Below are positions 60,401 through 64,000 of a stretch of DNA of 64,000 nucleotides, piece after piece. The notes under the pieces are model-generated. The model was not told where the DNA came from and did no database searches. It worked only from the letters and a program-made list of their open reading frames with translations. The first letter of the stretch is position 1; every line of letters starts with the position of its first letter. The translations under genes were made by a program, and so were the position numbers. The DNA comes from Antedon mediterranea. Lineage: Eukaryota; Animalia; Echinodermata. The stretch covers positions 9,626,422-9,690,421 of the forward strand of contig NC_092678.1 of the NCBI RefSeq assembly GCF_964355755.1, given 5' to 3'.

Positions 60401-63400
60401 AGTTGCATGGCATTATTTTTCATTGATTTATTATTAATTTCATATAAATAGAGTATTATCAGCTCTTCAGTCATCTACTGGTTTGAGGCGTAACGGGTAA
60501 TGCTCAGGTTTGAGTTCTCGCAGTAGTGGGTTCGAACCTCTACGAATATTTGTTTTCTTTTTTTTTTTTTATTTAAAAAAATATTGTTTTTGAAAGTGAG
60601 ATATTTTGAGGGTTGTAAATGTCAGGCCTAAACAAGTGGACCTTTTTTAAAATCAGAAACAAAGTTGCATGGCATTATTTTTTATTGATTGATCATTCAT
60701 TTCATATAAATAGACTATTATCAGCTCTTCAGTTATCTACTGGTTTGTGCCGTAACGGGTAATGCTCAAGTTTGAGTGCTCTCACTAGTGGGTTCGAACC
60801 TCTACGGATATTTTTTTTTTTTTTTTTTAAATAAATATTGTTTTTGAAAGTGAGATATTTTGAGGGTTGTAAATGTCAGGCCTAAACAAGTGAACCTTTT
60901 TTAAAATCAGAAACAAAGTTGCATGGCATTATTTTTCATTGATTTATTATTAATTTCATATAATTAGAGTATTATCAGCTCTTCAGTCATCTACTGGTTT
61001 GTGGCGTAACCGGTAGTGCTCAGGTTTGAGTGCTCAGGTTTGAGTTCTCGCAGTAGTGGGTTCGAACCTCTACGAATATTTTTTTTCTTTTTTTTTTAAT
61101 TGAAAATAAATATTGTTTTTGAAAGTGAGATATTTTGAGAGTTGTAAATGTCAGGCCTAAACAAGTGGACCTTTTTTAAAATCAGAAACAAAGTTGCATG
61201 GCATTATTTTTCATTGATTGATCATTCATTTCATATAAATGGACTATTATCAGCTCCGCAGTCATCTACTGGTTTGTGGAATAACGGATAATGCTCAGGT
61301 TTGAGTGCTCTGAGTAGTGGGTCGAACCTCTAGGGATATTTTTTTTCTTTCTTTTTTAAATTGAAAATAAATTTGGTTTTTGAAAGTGAGATATTTTGAG
61401 GGTTGTAAATATCAGGCCTAAACAAGTGGACCTTTTTTAAAATCAGAAACAAAGTTGCATGGCATTATTTTTCATTGATTTATTATTTATTTCATATAAA
61501 TAGAGTATTATCAGCTCTTCAGTCATCTACTGGTTTGTGGCGTAGCGGGTAATGCTCAAGTTTGAGTGCTCTCACTAGTGGGTTCGAACCTCTACTGATA
61601 TTTTATTTATTTATTTTTTTAATTGAAAAAATATTGTTTTTGAAAGTGAGATATTTTGAGGGTTGTAAATGTCAGGCCTAAACAAGTCAACATTTTTTTC
61701 AATCAGAAACAAAGTTGCATGGCATTATTTTTCATTGATTGATCATTCATTTCATATATATAGACTATTATCAGCTCCTCAGTCATCTACTGGTTTGTGG
61801 CGTAACGTGTAATGCTCAGATTTGAGTGCTCTCAGTAGTGGGTTCGAACCTATACGGGTATTTTTTTTTTCTTTTTTTTTTAATTGAAAATAAATATTGT
61901 TTTTGAAAGTGAGATATTTTGAGGGTTGCAACTGTCAGGCCTAAACAAGTGAACCTTTTTTAAAATCAGAAACAAAGTTGCATGGCATTATTTTTCATTG
62001 ATTGATCATCCATTTCATATAAATAGACTATTATAAGCTCCTCAGTCATAAAATGGTTTGCGGCGAACGGGTAATGCTCAGGTTTGAGTGATTTCAATAG
62101 TGGGTTCGAACTTCTAGGGATATTTTTTTTTTTTTTTTTATTTGAAAATAAATATTTTTTTTGAAGGTGAGATATTTTGAGGGTTGTAAATGACAGGCCT
62201 AAACAAATGAACCTTTTTTAAAATCAGAAACAAAGTTGCATGGCATTATTTTTCATTGATTTATTATTTATTTCATATAAATAGAGTATTATCAGCTCTT
62301 CAGTCATCTACTGGTTTGTGGCGTAGCGGGTAATGCTCAAGTTTGAGTGCTCTCACTAGTGGGTTCGAACCTCTACTGATATTTTATTTCTTTTTTTTTT
62401 TAATTGAAAAAATATTGTTTTTGAAAGTGAGATATTTTGAGGGTTGTAAATGTCAGGCCAAAACAAGTGAACCTTTTTTAAAATCAGAAACAAAGTTGCA
62501 TGGCATTATTTTTCATTGATTGATCATTCATTTCATATAAATAGACTATTATCAGCTCCTCAGTCACCTACTGGTTGGTGGCGTAACGGATAATGCTCAG
62601 GTTTGAGTTCTCTCAGTAGTGGGTTCGAACCTCTAGGGATTTTTTTTTTTAAATTGAAAATAAATATTGTTTTTGAAAGTGAGATATTTTTAGGGTTGTA
62701 AATGTCAGGCCTAAACAAGTGAACCTTTTTTTAAATCAGAAACAAAGTTGCATGGCATTATTTTTCATTGATTGATCATTCATTTCATATAAATAGACTA
62801 TTATCAGCTCTTCAGTCATCTACTGGTTTGTGGCGTAACGGGTAATGCTCAGTTTTGAGTGCTCTGAGTAGTGGGTCGAACCTCTAGGGATATTTTTTTT
62901 CTTTTTTTTTTAAATTGAAAATAAATATGGTTTTTGAAAGTGAGATATTTTGAGGGTTGTAAATGTCAGGCCTAAACAAGTGGACCTTTTTTAAAATCAG
63001 AAACAAAGTTGCATGGCATTATTTTTCATTGATTGATCATTCATTTCATATAAATAGACTATTATCAGCTCTTCAGTCATCTACTGGTTTGTGGCGTAAC
63101 GGGTAATGCTCAGGTTTGAGTGCTCTGAGTAGTGGGTCGAACCTCTAGGGATATTTTTTTTCTTTTTTTTTTAATTGAAAATAAATATGGTTTTTGAAAG
63201 TGAGATATTTTGAGGGTTGTAAATATCAGGCCTAAACAAGTGGACCTTTTTTAAAATCAGAAACAAAGTGGCATGGCATTATTTTTCATTGATTTATTAT
63301 TTATTTCATATAAATAGAGTATTATCAGCTCTTCAGTCATCTACTGGTTTGTGGCGTAATGGGTAATGCTCAAGTTTGAGTGCTCTCACTAGTGGGTTCG

Positions 63401-64000
63401 AACCTCTACGGATATTTTGTTTCTTTTTTTTTTTTATTTACAATAAATATTGTTTTTGAAAGTGAGATATTTTGAGGGTTGTAAATGTCAGGCCTAAACA
63501 AGTGAACCTTTTTTAAAATCAGAAACAAAGTTGCATTGCATTATTTTTCATTGATTTATTATTAATTTCATATAAATAGAGTATTATCAGCTTTTCAGTC
63601 ATCTACTGGTTTGAGGCGTAACGGGTAATGCTCAGGTTTGAGTTCTCGCAGTAGTGGGTTCGAACCTCTACGATTTTTTTTTTTTTTTTTTTTTTATTGA
63701 AAATAAATATTGTTTTTGAAAGTGAGATATTTTGAGGGTTGTAAATGTCAGGCCTAAACAAGTGGACCTTTTTTAAAATCAGAAACAAAGTTGCATGGCA
63801 TTATTTTTCATTGATTTATTATTTATTTCATATAAATAGAGTATTATCAGCTCTTCAGTCATCTACTGGTTTGTGGCGTAACGGGTAATGCTCAAGTTTG
63901 AGTGCTCTCACTAGTGAGTTCGAACCTCTACGGATATTTTGTTTCTTTTTTTTTTTTATTTAAAATAAATATTGTTTTTGAAAGTGAGATATTTTGAGGG
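51490..64000. repeat. Same ~261-bp satellite, right arm; runs off the window end
   Basis: Resumes in register after the 3' LTR (AACA-TCATTTTACATTG), with the same monomer subfamilies. Confidence 0.98.

Noticed and set aside
9-63788. Dozens of 60-79 aa minus-strand ORFs (MFLILKKVHLF...)
   Set aside because: They are translations of the satellite with TTG starts. The poly-Lys comes from the T-run and the frame shifts freely with run length.

Overview
Eukaryotic (probably metazoan) heterochromatic or centromere-like DNA. About 90% of the window is a head-to-tail array of an AT-rich ~261-bp satellite (roughly 220 monomers) with several monomer subfamilies, local 3-mer and 4-mer higher-order repeats, and multi-kb block duplications. 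Each monomer carries what looks like a complete tRNA-type RNA polymerase III cassette: upstream TATA, A box, B box at tRNA spacing, and an oligo-T terminator. The array is interrupted by a full-length, apparently very recent Gmr1-like Ty3/gypsy LTR retrotransposon (45501-51489). It has 460-bp LTRs with no mismatch I could see, an AACA target-site duplication, a tRNA-Leu PBS, a PPT, heat-shock elements in the LTR, and one intact 1502-aa ORF in the order Gag/SCAN-PR-IN-RT-RH. An unrelated 137-bp insert (44073-44209) lies at almost the same monomer position. Uninterrupted paralogues of both insertion sites are present at ~22067 and ~20254. The many 60-65 aa minus-strand ORFs are artefacts of the satellite. 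All comparisons were made by eye.
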